A stretch of DNA of 63,222 nucleotides, filler included, from Saprolegnia diclina VS20 (taxonomy: Eukaryota): the NCBI RefSeq assembly GCF_000281045.1. It is 8 parts of 3 records of this genome, joined end to end, with 100 filler letters (N's around TTAATTAATTAA, not from the genome) between each part and the next. Parts side by side here need not be neighbours in the genome. Positions count along the whole stretch, not along the records: positions 1 to 22,275 come from NW_008246122.1; positions 22,376 to 50,857 come from NW_008246122.1; 6 more parts are not named here. One strand, given 5' to 3'. Under the pieces are notes generated by a model that did not search any database, had not been told where the DNA came from, and worked only from the letters and a program-made list of their open reading frames with translations. Below, one piece after another: positions 21,182 through 33,079 of this stretch; within the stretch, counting starts at the first letter, position 1; the number at the start of each line of letters is the position of its first letter. The translations under genes and the position numbers were made by a program.

Positions 21182-22275
21182 ATGAAGATTGTCCTCATCT
21201 TGTCGGTCCTCGCTGCGGCGGCCCAGGCCAAGATCACGAGCTCCGCGCTCCGCAAGCTCGAGCAGGAACAGACGTTCACGGCGTTTGTGACCTTCAAGCC
21301 GACCGCGACGACGGGCCTCGAGAGCCTCGAGTCGACGCCCATTGGTGAGCGCCGCGAAGTTGTCTACTCGGCGCTCTCGGCCGCTGCGGTCGAGCACAAG
21401 GAAACGCTCTCCAGCATTGTCGGCGACCGCAAGGTCAAGGCGTTCTGGATCACCAAGGCCGCGACCGTCGAGAACGTCGACCGCGCGCTCGCCGATAAGA
21501 TCGCCAAGATTGACAACGTCCTCAAGGTCGACGTGATCAAGACGATCAAGGAAAGCCCGGTCCTCACCAAGAAGGACGACGGCGCCGAGAACTCGCCCGC
21601 TGACAACTCGCGCCCGACCGGCATCCAGTGGGGCGTCACGACGATTGGCGCCACCGACGTCTGGAAGACGACCAAGGGTGAAGGCGTCATCATCGGCTCG
21701 ATCGACTCGGGTGTCCGCCATACCCACGAATCCATCAAGTCCAAGTGGCGTGCGGCCAAGGGCTGGTACGATCCGTACTACCAGACGGCGGAGCCCAACG
21801 ATCTCAGCGGCCACGGTACCCACACGATCGGTACGATGGTCGGTGACTTCGGTATCGGTGTTGCCCCCGGCGCCCAGTTCATCTCGTGCCTCGGCTTGTA
21901 CAAGGGCAGCGGCACGAACGCGGCTTTGATCGAGTGCGCTGAGTTTATGATGTGCCCAACCGACACGGACGGGTCGCACCCCGACTGCAAGAAGGGCGCC
22001 AACGTTGTCAACAACTCGTGGGGCAGTGACTCGAGCACCGACCCGTGGTACCAGGACGTCGTTGACGCGTGGCACAAGGCCGGTATTACGCCCATCTTTG
22101 CCAACGGCAACGAAGGCCCGGCCTGCGCGACGGCCGGCAACCCGGCTAGCTACCCCAACGTCATCTCGGTGGGTGCGATTGGGTCGCGCACGGACGACCC
22201 GACGCAGCTCGCGTACTTTTCGTCCAAGGGCCCGGCCAAGTACGTCGACCGCTTGAACCAGGTGCACACGATCGT
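21182..22275 (+). CDS. Secreted subtilisin (S8A), 3' end lost in gap
   Basis: Signal peptide MKIVLILSVLAAAAQA; IDSG, GHGTH, ANGN; runs into Ns before the catalytic Ser. Confidence 0.92.
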
Positions 22276-22375
22276 NNNNNNNNNNNNNNNNNNNNNNNNN
22301 NNNNNNNNNNNNNNNNNNNTTAATTAATTAANNNNNNNNNNNNNNNNNNNNNNNNNNNNNNNNNNNNNNNNNNNN
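22276..22375. other. Assembly gap with artificial TTAATTAATTAA linker (also 50858-50957, 54783-54882, 56458-56557, 58551-58650, 60780-60879, 62014-62113; plain N gaps at 23148-23247 and 51706-51805)
   Basis: 100-nt N blocks with a central six-frame stop linker. Confidence 0.97.
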
Positions 22376-22525
22376 CTCGTGCCGGACTTTGATTGGGCGC
22401 GGTCGCCGATCTGGCTCATTGAGATTGCGCAACGGTGCTTGGCGACCGAGCCCGAGAAGCGCCCGACCGCTGTCGCCCTCGCCGGCCTTTTGGACAAGCA
22501 GCAATTCGAGGATACCGAGGCGTAG
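22376..22525 (+). CDS. 3' end of a TKL kinase, near-identical to 26960-27109 (paralog or haplotype)
   Basis: LVPDFDWARSPIWLIEIAQRCLATEPEKRPTAVALAG... with only a few substitutions relative to the 27 kb copy. Confidence 0.75.
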   Translation, partial: LVPDFDWARSPIWLIEIAQRCLATEPEKRPTAVALAGLLDKQQFEDTEA

Positions 22526-22544
22526 TCCCGTTATAACTCTCGTA

Positions 22545-24262
22545 GTCGGAGGGGGCCGCTGTGGGTGCGTCTAAGACTATCCAGCAAGGTGTATGGACGA
22601 GACGATCAAGTACCTGGCACCACGCAGGCGTTGATAATTTCGGCACCGGCAGAGGTCTTCCAGAGCAACTTGATCGACCCGCGGATGGCGCGGCAGGCGA
22701 CGGGATCAGGGTACACGGATGTGTCCATGCTGTAGCCGCGGTATTTTGTCTTGTCGCCGTTCCATTCTTGCAGCTGCTTGAGCACTTCAAAGCTCGAGTC
22801 GGACACGGTCAAGTTGGTCAAGTTGCATCCGTCGCAGCTGCTACGATACACGTTGTAGCTGCTCTATAAAATTGAGAAAACTTGGCGCTGCACCTCGCGA
22901 TTGTCGAAGGCAACATGGCGATCGTCGAGCTCTGGCTTCGACACGCGCCAGCGCTCGTTTCGTCGGGCGCGCTTGAGCTCGCGGCGGCATCGTCCCAAGG
23001 AGCCATTTTGCGACTCTTGTATGAACGGTATCCGGAGCTGGCGACGCCAAAAATGATGAATCTCGTGGCCATGTCGGGCGAATTGACGCTTTTGCGTTGG
23101 CTGCACGAAGCCGGTGTGGCGTGCACGGCCACTGCAATGGACGGTGCNNNNNNNNNNNNNNNNNNNNNNNNNNNNNNNNNNNNNNNNNNNNNNNNNNNNN
23201 NNNNNNNNNNNNNNNNNNNNNNNNNNNNNNNNNNNNNNNNNNNNNNNTACACGTTGTAGCTGCTCTATAAAATTGAGAAAATTACGAACAAAAATGTGAT
23301 CGCACGCGAGAGCTTGACAAAGGCAAAGGTATGCAGCGGGTTGTGATGCAAAGCCCTAGCGTAGCGTTTTGTCAACAACAGAGTCCAAGCCAAGACGCAC
23401 AGAAAGGACATGCTCGTTCAGTCTACGTCGATGATCTCGGTCAAGCTGTTGCCCCCCAGCACCCTACATCGGTGACGTCATCCACAAGTCACAGAGTCGC
23501 AGTGGTGGAAGGTACAGAAGCGTCAGGTTCGATGGCAGGTTCGCGAGGGATGTAATCGAATTCTTCCCGAGCCAGCTACAAGAGAGATTGAACCTAAATC
23601 ATGTGACAAGGATGTCCTACAGAGACCCCATGCCGGGGGGCAAGTTCGGAGGAATGTGGGAAAGGGAGCAGTTGGAGAGGGACCTACATCAACGTAATCG
23701 TGACAAAGGATAAACCAAGTACGTACAGATCAAAGAGATTGGGCGACCACGCAATCGTTGGCGGCAACGGCGCCAGCGAGACGTTCTCCATCCACCTACG
23801 GTGCTCCCGACTCGATACACGATTATTTCCGTGTAAAAGTGTACAATTTGGTCACAGAAAGCAGTGGCTTGGCGCGCGCAAGGTCCAGCGCCCCAATGTT
23901 TTGAAACTCTCTACGCCGCAAACGTTATCGACGCAGTCGGTCAAGGCAGCGTACAGCCATCGGACACTCGGCGAGAGCTCCATGAGGCGCAGGTCGACGC
24001 TCGCCGAATCTCCCACGGTGCTACATGTCATTTCAGAGGCGTGTACTTAGTACTCGATAGGAGCATCGTACAGAGCAGCCCTGGTGTACTTGTCGAATCG
24101 CCCGATGGCGCTAAGATTGCGAAAGGTGTCGAAAGTGTCGTTGAAGCGGCCCACGACTTTGCACTTGCTGTTGACGACGCACACACCGCCTTCTGGGCAG
24201 GTATCATCGGCCACGAGCACCTTGGCACCCGCGGCTGCGTACGGACACGGCGTCGATGCCAT
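22545..24262 (-). pseudogene. LRR receptor ectodomain gene with in-frame stop and no TM or kinase
   Basis: N-cap MASTPCPYAAAG...; seven phase-2 LRR microexons; C-cap exon SCDGCNLTNL...ACVVP; TGA at 23418-23420 replaces the conserved W of the DxDW motif; ends at the duplicated kinase tail. Confidence 0.7.
22881..23147 (+). other. Ankyrin-gene fragment similar to 14675-16840, probably misplaced by assembly
   Basis: LHLAIVEGN...LELAAASSQG...LATPKMMNLVAMSG matches the 16.3-16.5 kb segment; flanked by a duplicated ~33-mer (22848-22880 = 23248-23281) and a gap. Confidence 0.7.
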
Positions 24263-24536
24263 CGCTTGTCTTCTGTCAGGTGGAGTGGGGCAACGGGCAG
24301 GATGCACCTTGCGTGTGATTGGTCCTTCGAAAACAGATGTGGCCTGCGATTGGTGGATGTTTCACTTCCTCGGCGCTGATTGGTGCGTCTGTTTTGCACA
24401 CGCTCGTGAACCCGAGCGGCGCAACCAATCCCATCCACGATCATTTGAATGACGAGCCAATCAGATTGCTGCTAGTCCTGCTGAGGCCAGAGCGCATTGG
24501 CAAGAGCTCCACCAGCCCGACGCACCAGCTTGCACC
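24263..24536. promoter_or_regulatory. Bidirectional promoter with multiple CCAAT boxes
   Basis: About 275 bp between head-to-head ATGs; GATTGG x3 and CCAATC x2. Confidence 0.6.
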
Positions 24537-27109
24537 ATGACCACGTGCCCGTACGCCGGCGCCGGCAACGCGATCCTTGCTGCCGACAGCTACTGCGATG
24601 CCGCCACCTGCGTCCTCGACAGCTCATGCCGCATCGTCGAGCGCTACGCCGCGGCCAACACGAGCTTTTCGGGCATTAGCGCTCTCGGCAACCTCCTGGC
24701 CTACAACGCGACCAACCTGTGCTTCTTATTGCCAATGTTTTAGAGCTTGACGTACTTGCTCGTAGCACCATAAGCAACGCGGCTGGCGACATCAACGTCC
24801 AAAGCGCGGTGTTCCCGTTCATGCTGACGAACCTGTACGTCATTTGCGCCTTCTCATCTTCTCGTTCTTGCGTACCATGGCTCTCTTCCTTAGTCGATTC
24901 TACAACCTGACATCGATCGACGTCGTGCGCTTGGCCAAGGCACTGCCGTCGTCGCTGGAGACATTGTAGTTGGCTGCCACTACAACACGGTCTCATTCCC
25001 ATGCTAGCACCATTGTGAATGCGAGTGCCCTTACGTTGCCGAGCACGTTCGTGTGGCCAAGTTCCATAAAATATCTGTACCACACAGCGAAATATCGGAT
25101 ACGATTTTGACAATATGGTTAGGAAGCTCATAGAATTGGGTCTACGCCAGATCCCACCCAACCTGCCATTGGCACTACGCAGTCTGTACGTGCGACCCTA
25201 CCCTCTTTGATCTCTCATACGGAGATTAGGTCACTCTACAACAACTCAATCTCGTCGCTGGATGGTCTACCAGCAAGTTTGACCTGGCTGTACGCGCTCC
25301 GACAACTCTGATTACGACTCGAATTTGCCTACAGGGAAATGGGCGAAAACCGCGTGACAAGTGTGGTCAACTACGACTGGACCAACATGACCTACGTGTA
25401 CACCTATCGCGATATACGACATGACGCATGATATTGAAACTAGGAGTTTCGAGGCCAACCCGCTCGAGACGTTTGCATTCGTCAAGCTCTCGCCCAAGCT
25501 CGTCACCTTGTACGCAGATCCACCACGAATGGCAGGCGACGAATGCTCTTTGTGTGTAGCGATATACAGAACATTCAAAGCCTCTCCAACATCTCGCTCA
25601 GCAGTGACAGCTGCGACGCCCTCGACCTCTTGTCGCCCTACAACGCGAGCAACAATGCAGGCTATTCGGTGTCGGGGGATATCAACGCCGACACGACCGC
25701 CTGCGCTAACATTGGCGGCTCGCTGCGTCGGCTCTGGCCTGTACAATACAAAGTTTACAGCGTCCACGTCTGCGCCCTTCCGCGTCCGTCAACGTCTCCA
25801 TTCGCAAGACCCTAACCACGCGTATACTGTAGAGGTGGCTCCTGCGACAAGTGCTCCTCCTCTGTCGGCATCGTCGTCTACGAGCTCGACGAGTAGCAAT
25901 ACGTTTCCCTCATCTTCTGAAACACAACTCACTCGACCGTGTCTAGTTCTTACGTGGACACTGGGCAGTCTCGCCCTCGCCCTCATCGGGGCGTGTCTGG
26001 CCTATCTCATTTGGCGCCACCAGCGACGCACCAAGGACAAGAAGCCACCGACAACGAAGGACGTGTTCGACGCCAACCCGCCCGTGTGGTCGCCCTCCAA
26101 GGCGCTACCATCGCCCAAGCCATGGCTTCCGTCGCCCGACGCTGTCGAGACCCACGAGATGGAGCTCTCGGAGCTCTGCGACCACCGCCTCGAAGCGTCC
26201 GAGCTCAACCCGATCAAGCCATTGGCCTCCAACACGCACGGCGAGGTGTGGCTGAGCCACTTTGGCGCCGACGTCGTCGTCGTCCAGCGCATATACGACA
26301 AGTCGTCCGAGAGTCTGGCCATGTTTGCCGAAGAGATCTTGCTGCGCGCCAAGTCCGACCCCTTTGTCGCTTTGTATGTGTTGACTGTAGTTTTGTAGGA
26401 TGGAGAGCCCGTACATTGTCCAGTTTATCGGCGTCAGCTGGCACGAGCCCCGCGACATGGAGTGCGTGCTCGAGTACATGAACCGGGGCAACCTCCAAGA
26501 CTACTTGGCCCGGCACTCGCCAACGACGTACACGTGGGCAGCCAAGCTGGAAGCGATCGTCAGCGTCGTCCGCGGCCTCATCTACCTCCACACGCTTGAC
26601 CCACCGATCATCCACCGCGATCTGCGCTCCCGGAACGTCCTCTTGGACGCAGACAAAGGCACCAAGATCAACGACTTTGGCTCGTCGCGCGAGACGTCCG
26701 AGCACTCGATGACCAACGGCGTCGGGTCGTACCAATGGGCCGCCCCCGAGCTCATCCTCGGGTCGCTCTACAACACGTCGGTCGACATTTACTCGTTCGG
26801 TACGCAGTGTTGTGGATAGGGGTGGGTGATGCATCGAGGGTAGGGGTACTCTTGACCGAATTTTCGACCCACCACGCGCCGTATGCGCGGACGCTGGACC
26901 CGTCGACGGGTCGCGTCTTCACGCAAGACAAGGTCATGCAGCTCGTCACGAAAGGCCAGCTCGTGCCGGACTTTGATTGGGCGCGGTCGCCGATCTGGCT
27001 CATTGAGATTGCGCAACGATGCTTGGCGACCGAGCCCGAGAAGCGCCCGACCGCTGTCGCCCTCGCCGGCCTTTTGGACAAGCACCAATTCGAGGGCACC
27101 GAGGCGTAG
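24537..27109 (+). CDS. LRR receptor-like TKL kinase, predicted pseudokinase (multi-exon)
   Basis: N-cap, 7 LRR microexons (e.g. SLYNNSISSLDGLPASLTWL), C-cap, TM LGSLALALIGACLAYLIW, kinase with HRDLRSRN, DFG and APE but ASNTHG G-loop and VVVQR in place of VAIKR. Confidence 0.85.
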
Positions 27110-28063
27110 TCCCGTTATAACTCTCGCAGTCGGAAAAGTAATAGTCTATACAATGTACAGTCGCTGATGCTGGCTAAGGCTAGTCACGTCGAGATATCAC
27201 TCGTTTTCTTGGGCTAAAAAATGGGTTATTGACCCTTGTATAGAACTTGTGGAGCAGTCAAATCTGTGAGACGGTGCTATCCGGGGGATATAATGTATCC
27301 AGGGGATATAATTCAGGAGATACCCATGATAGCACCGCCTCGCAGGTTGTTCTGCTAGTCCATACCTTCGGTGTTCTTCACGTCTTGCAAGGTGTAAAGG
27401 ACGCCGCCGCTGCACGTCGTGTTGGGTACTAGGTATGAAAATGGCGCCAACGCGAATGGCCATCCCAAGCTCAGCGCGGACAACTGACGTGACGGGAGCT
27501 CTGCGAGCAAGTACCTGTGGCCATGACAGGAGAGACACCTTGCGATTCGCACCGACGAGATCGACGATGCGCACGCACCCAAGTCAACCATGCATGTGCA
27601 TGAAGGTGCAGAAGGCACGACGACCAGCGCCTTCTGCGCCAACGATCACATTTGACCCTGGTGCGAGCAGTGCACGGCGCTAATGCTGCCAAGTATGAGT
27701 ATGATGATGACGCGGCGCCACATTGCACTTGGATCGACCGAGAAAGCCAGAGGCGCGGTAAAAATAAGGCCATGGGTTCGAACCGCGGTCGCCGCGTCGT
27801 TGCTCGCTTCAGTGTCGACGGCCACTGAGAGACGCTGCTGCCACGCAGCTCGGCACGGTGCGCGCCGGCGATGCACAAGCAGCGATAGCGCGCTGGTTGT
27901 ACGCTGTCGATGTCGGCGATCGCGTCGGACTCGGGACCTCGTACTGTACGAGCAGTGGGATGCGTATGGGTGACGACCCCGAGTACAGTGCAGCGCTACT
28001 GGCGTTGATTGGCCCGGTGGCGGTTGCCTTCATTTTCACAAGTCCGCCGTGCAGACAAGGCCG

Positions 28064-30703
28064 ATGCGACTGTCGTTGCTGCTGCTGGCACTCTCTACGG
28101 CGCTTGGCCAGCCCACGCCGTGGCATCTCGTGGCTGACGCCGACTGTGCCACGGTTGCGTCCACTCGACACGTCTGCGCTGTCGATGCACTTGGCCAGAC
28201 ATTAGCCCTGGAGGCGACCGAGCTCTCTGCGATGCACTGGCGCGACGGCCTCTCGCTTGGCAACTTCAGCGCGTTCACCAATGACCACCTGTGCGCGACG
28301 ACGGACGGGTTAGAATCGTTTACTCATACATCCGATAGGTCTCTGGGCCACGCGCCGAGCGTCGACGTCTCTACGCTCGTGCTGCCATCGACGCTGCAGC
28401 GCCTGTCGGCTCACGATCTTGAACCGCCACGAGCTCATCATGGACTAGGCAGTTCCAGGACATCGCAGCACTCGATTTGCGAGAGCTCCATGCGGCGTCG
28501 CGCCTGCGCACTCTGTAAATTGCCACTAGAATATCCCTGGCCTCATCCTCCGCGAGTAGGTCCATAATCGCGTGCAACAGCGTCCTCTGGCCGGTGCAGC
28601 CGTCCGTATCCCTGCCGCAGCTAACGACCTTGTGCGAACGAACCTCAGAGCGCGCCAGCTCACGCACTCTCTAGGCAGCTCGACACCGTCAACTTGACGT
28701 CGTGGCCGTGCCTGCCACCGACTGTTGTCGACGTGTACGTATTTTTGTGCATTTTGCAGTTTTTAGATTGTCGCGGTACAATTTGTCTTTCGATTATAGA
28801 CAATTACTCGCCACGGGCCTAGCCCACGTGCAAGGCCTCGCCGTACCGACCTCGACGCGGCGCCTGTTGGTCCTTGTTAGTGCACGGAAGGCGCGTCACG
28901 TCTCTCTGTCCCAATAGAAACCTCGCACGCAACGCAATCCCAGCCATCGCACACGTCGACTGGCGACAGCTCGAGCATCTGTGCGCTCCTCTCATCTATA
29001 AAGCACTCATTTAGATCTGCAGGCAGCTCGACAGCAATCCCCTACAGACGCTCTGCAACGTGTCGCTGTCGCCCCAGCTACTGACAACTTTGTACTCGAG
29101 CCTTGTATCGTCTAAAGCTCGTCGACCGACTATGATGAACTAGCACGTGCGAGGACTGTGCGCTGACCAACTTAACGCTGTCGTCGGCGACCTTTGTGGC
29201 GTTGAGCCAGCTCGGGCCTTGTCGCCACGGACCCTCGGGCTGGTGCGTGTCCGCCAACGTCTCGACGGACGCCAACGCCTGCGCCAACCTCGGTGGCGTC
29301 CTGCGCACGCTGCCAGCAGCGACCACTGCACCGTACACCGCGGCTATCTGCGTGATTGCTGGTTCCAGCTCGCATCCAGTCGTCAAATGCTGATTTGCGG
29401 CGGATGGTAGACGCTACGATCGAGATGACTGCCGCTGCCGCGGCGCCATCGACTGCATCGACGAGCGGTACGTTGGCCGCTACAACCGCAGCTTGGATGA
29501 ACCAGAACACATATAGCCCACAGCTCGAGCGCGGTGATTGGCGGTGCCGTCGTAGGTCTTGTCGCGGTTGTTGCCGTCGTGGCACTGTGCGCCCACCGAG
29601 ACAAGTCGCTGACGCAGCGCAGCAAGACGCGGTCGCTGTCGTGCGATGCGTACCCGGTCCTCGAGACGCCGCACCTGCGGCGGTATCCAGGCACGATCGC
29701 TGTCGAGTCCAATAACTCGCTCGGGCCCAACGCGCGCTCGATCCGGACGAGCTGGGGCCCGAGCCTCAGCGACGACAGCAACTTGTACGTCAAGCCGATC
29801 CGCATGTTCCGCCTCGAACTCGCCGACCTCCACGTCACGAGCACCAAGCCGCTGGCGTCAGGCACGTACGGCGAGATTTGGTTTGGCCGCTACGACCGCG
29901 AACCTGTCGCGATCAAGCGCCTCAAAAACAAAACCCCCGAGCGCGTCCAGACCTTTGTCGACGAGATGCTACTCATGTCCCGGTACGTCCACGCTTTCGT
30001 AAAGAGATCCATGGACAACCATATCATGTAGGATGAACTCGCCGTATATCGTTCAGTTTATCGGCGTGAGCTGGGAGCTCCCGATCGATATGGAGTGCGT
30101 CGTCGAGTACATGGACATGGGCGACCTGCGCACGTACCTCACTGCTGTCACACGCATGACGTTTACGTGGCGGGCCAAGCAAGCGTCCATGGCAGGTATT
30201 GCCCGCGGCCTCGACTACCTCCACTCGCTCGAGACGCCCGTAATGCACCGCGATCTCAAGTCCCGCAACGTCCTGCTCGACTCGAGGAAAGGCACGAAGC
30301 TCACCGACTTTGGCGATCTTCGCGAGTCGACGGCGACGAGCAGCGGGGCGTTCGAGTGGACCGCGCCCGAGGTGCTTCGCGGCCAGGCGCACTCGCCCGC
30401 ATCCGACGTCTACGCGTTTGGTACAACTGGAATCTCGATTTGGGCTATGCGACACGGCATATGGGGGTAGGGGTGATTCTCTCGGAGCTGTCGACGCACA
30501 AGGTGCCGTACTATGAATCCAAGACCCACAGCAACTCGGTTGCGCTACTGCACCAGGTGATGCAAGGGAAGGCTCGACCGCTCTTTGACAAGTCGCACAC
30601 GCCCGCGTGGGTCCTGGAGCTTGCGATGCAGTGTCTGGCGATGGACCCTGCGCGACGACCGACGGCCGCGGCGCTAGTAGCCCACTTGGATCGCGTCCGT
30701 TAA
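28064..30703 (+). CDS. LRR receptor-like TKL kinase (multi-exon)
   Basis: Signal peptide MRLSLLLLALSTALG; 7 LRR microexons; TM IGGAVVGLVAVVAVVALC; GTYGEIW, VAIK, HRDLKSRN, DFG, APE. Confidence 0.85.
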
Positions 30704-31254
30704 ATGTTTACATGCTCTTGTTATTGTACAATAGTGGTACAATTGTCGATATTTGTCGGACTCGAATTTGTCAAATTTGCAAAGTTCGACTCTTTTTCGA
30801 GGGTTGGGTCCAGTTAGCTCACCATCTAGAATACTTGTCGACGGTCATCGCTTGTACAACGATTCACTAGATCTGAAAAAGGGGCAATGAGACGCTGCAT
30901 TTGGACCCTCGACGAAAGAAGGCGGAACTTCAAGTGCCTCTTGGGGGAGGTGGGCGATTCAGCGGTGCACGTTGAACAATGCGACCAAGCAAGACGAAGA
31001 AGGAAGCTCCGTGTCTCGCATTGGTCTGCTTCTATGCGGGCATGATGCAGTAGCCACTGTTTTGCCTTCCTGAAGCTGTGGTGCTGGCGCGACATCCCGT
31101 CCAAGGTTGCAGGTCGAGGGTACTCAAGGTACTCGATGGCTTCGAAATTTTCGGGCCAATGATTGGTTCATGAATTTTCGAGCCTTGCCATGATTGGTCG
31201 AGACGGTGCAAAGTGGGATGCACGAAGATCGCAGTGTTCGAATTCCGCTGCGCA

Positions 31255-33024
31255 ATGCACGCAACGCTCGTCGGTCTCGCCCTCTTGAGCCGGACGCTTC
31301 TCGCCACGCCGTGTCCGTACAGCGACGTCAATGCAAGCGTCCTCTTGGCCGCCGATGCGACCTGCGCCGGCGGGCGCACCGAGGTCTGTGGTGTCAGCAG
31401 CGCCTGCGTGCTGCTGGACGGCGACCTCGACAACGGCCTATCGACCTTCACGGGCTTTGGCAGCCTTGGCAACCTCTCCAACTATGTGCATAGCCACCTG
31501 TACATGATGCCGATTCGTCATCGTTTGATGAACATATTGTCTACCTAGGACCATGGGTGCGAGTGCGTCCATGACGTTCGCCGCCGCATTTCTACCGAGC
31601 TACCTCACATTCATGTCCGTCAATCGCAAGCAACATATGTCTTCTGAGCCAAAACCCTAGTGCGTTTGAAGACATTGGCCTCGTCAACCTCTCGACCTCG
31701 CGGTCGCCCTGGTCCGCAAATGTCACGCACCTGTAGACCGCTAGCATCGGTCCACCGACACCAATAGGTCCTCTTGTAGGTCCATCGTCAATGGCGCACT
31801 GGACGCGACGACGTTTTCCTGGCCCTGCAACCTTACCAGCCTGTACCTCAGTTTCTCTCTTGGCACATTTGTCATACGGTCGTACATAGGACTCTGCGCA
31901 AAAATAATCTCTCGGACGCGCCACCGCATCTTCCATCGACCCTCACCACAATGTATGAGCAACTCGGTGGTGTGATAGAACGTCAATTTGTCGGCTTAGG
32001 GTTGTGGAAGACAATCATTTGCATCGACTGCCGCCTGTGATGCCACGCCTTGAGCACCTGTTCGACTGCCGCTGTAGACTATCATCTCACGCGAGTGTGC
32101 GGTAGGCACCTCGACGCCAACAACATGACGACTATCACCGACGTTGACTGGTCGAATCTCGTGACAATGTACAGACTTGTCATGCAAAATCTACACAACT
32201 GATTGAACGGCCATGATGTAGACGACTTGGCCGCAACCCGATCGACACGATTGCTCGCGTCAAATTCTCGTCGTCCCTCCGCTTCTTGTACGATGTGCAA
32301 CCGACCGACTTTCTGAGTTTGCACTTGTGATAGCGCCTGTGACGACTGCCCCGTGGAGCAATTCACGCTGACGCCAACCTCGTTTCGTGCGCTTGATGCG
32401 CTGCCGGCATGGGACGGCAACACGTCGTGCTTGACGGGTTTCTACATGACGCGCAACATCACATTGGATTCATCCGCCTGTGCCAAGCTTCAGGGGACGG
32501 TCGTGCCGCTATGGGCGGGAAAAGCCCCTTTGCTTTCCTTTCACGTCTGCCTCGTCCAAGGTGCTTTTCGCATGCCCCTTCCTTCGTTCTCATGTATTTT
32601 AGACGCGAGTGGAGCTGGGGCTGCGTCCTTGCCCTCGTTATCGGCAGGTAGTGTAAATACGATTGAATGGCGTCGTAGCCTAACCTGGGGTCCAGGCACG
32701 GGGCTTGCGATCGGCGGCATTGTCAGCGCCTTTGCGATCGTGCTCTTGGTGGTCGTCCTCGACCTCAAGCGCCGCCAGTGCCAAGGCGAAGCCACGTATG
32801 ATGACGCATACGCAACTGTGCAGCCGTCACCGACGCGCCACGCGCAGACCGTGTACGTGTACCCGTCGCGGGACATGTACTATACGTGGTTTCCGGGAAC
32901 GGCGACCGACTTGTTTGTCAACGACTATGGCGACTGGCACTTTGTCGACCGCAACGACGACGGGTCGCTTGCGGTTGCGGTCACGATCGAGCCCACGACG
33001 CATGCGTTGGTGGCGTCCATTTAG
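31255..33024 (+). CDS. LRR receptor-like protein without kinase domain (multi-exon)
   Basis: Signal peptide; CPY N-cap; 7 LRR microexons; C-cap; TM LAIGGIVSAFAIVLLVVVL; ~85-aa tail, then stop ~55 nt from the convergent gene. Confidence 0.8.
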
Positions 33025-33079
33025 CCTATTTTGAACATTCTTGTTTGTACGTTTTCTCATTTTTCCTAGCGTTTTAGGG

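Noticed and set aside
22320..22331. Recurrent TTAATTAATTAA palindrome
   Set aside because: Always centred in 100-nt N blocks; an artificial contig-joining linker, not biology.
22848..23281. Ankyrin fragment inside a receptor intron with a ~33-bp flanking duplication, resembling an insertion with TSD
   Set aside because: Adjacent to an N gap, and the duplication is too long for a typical TSD; more likely misassembly.
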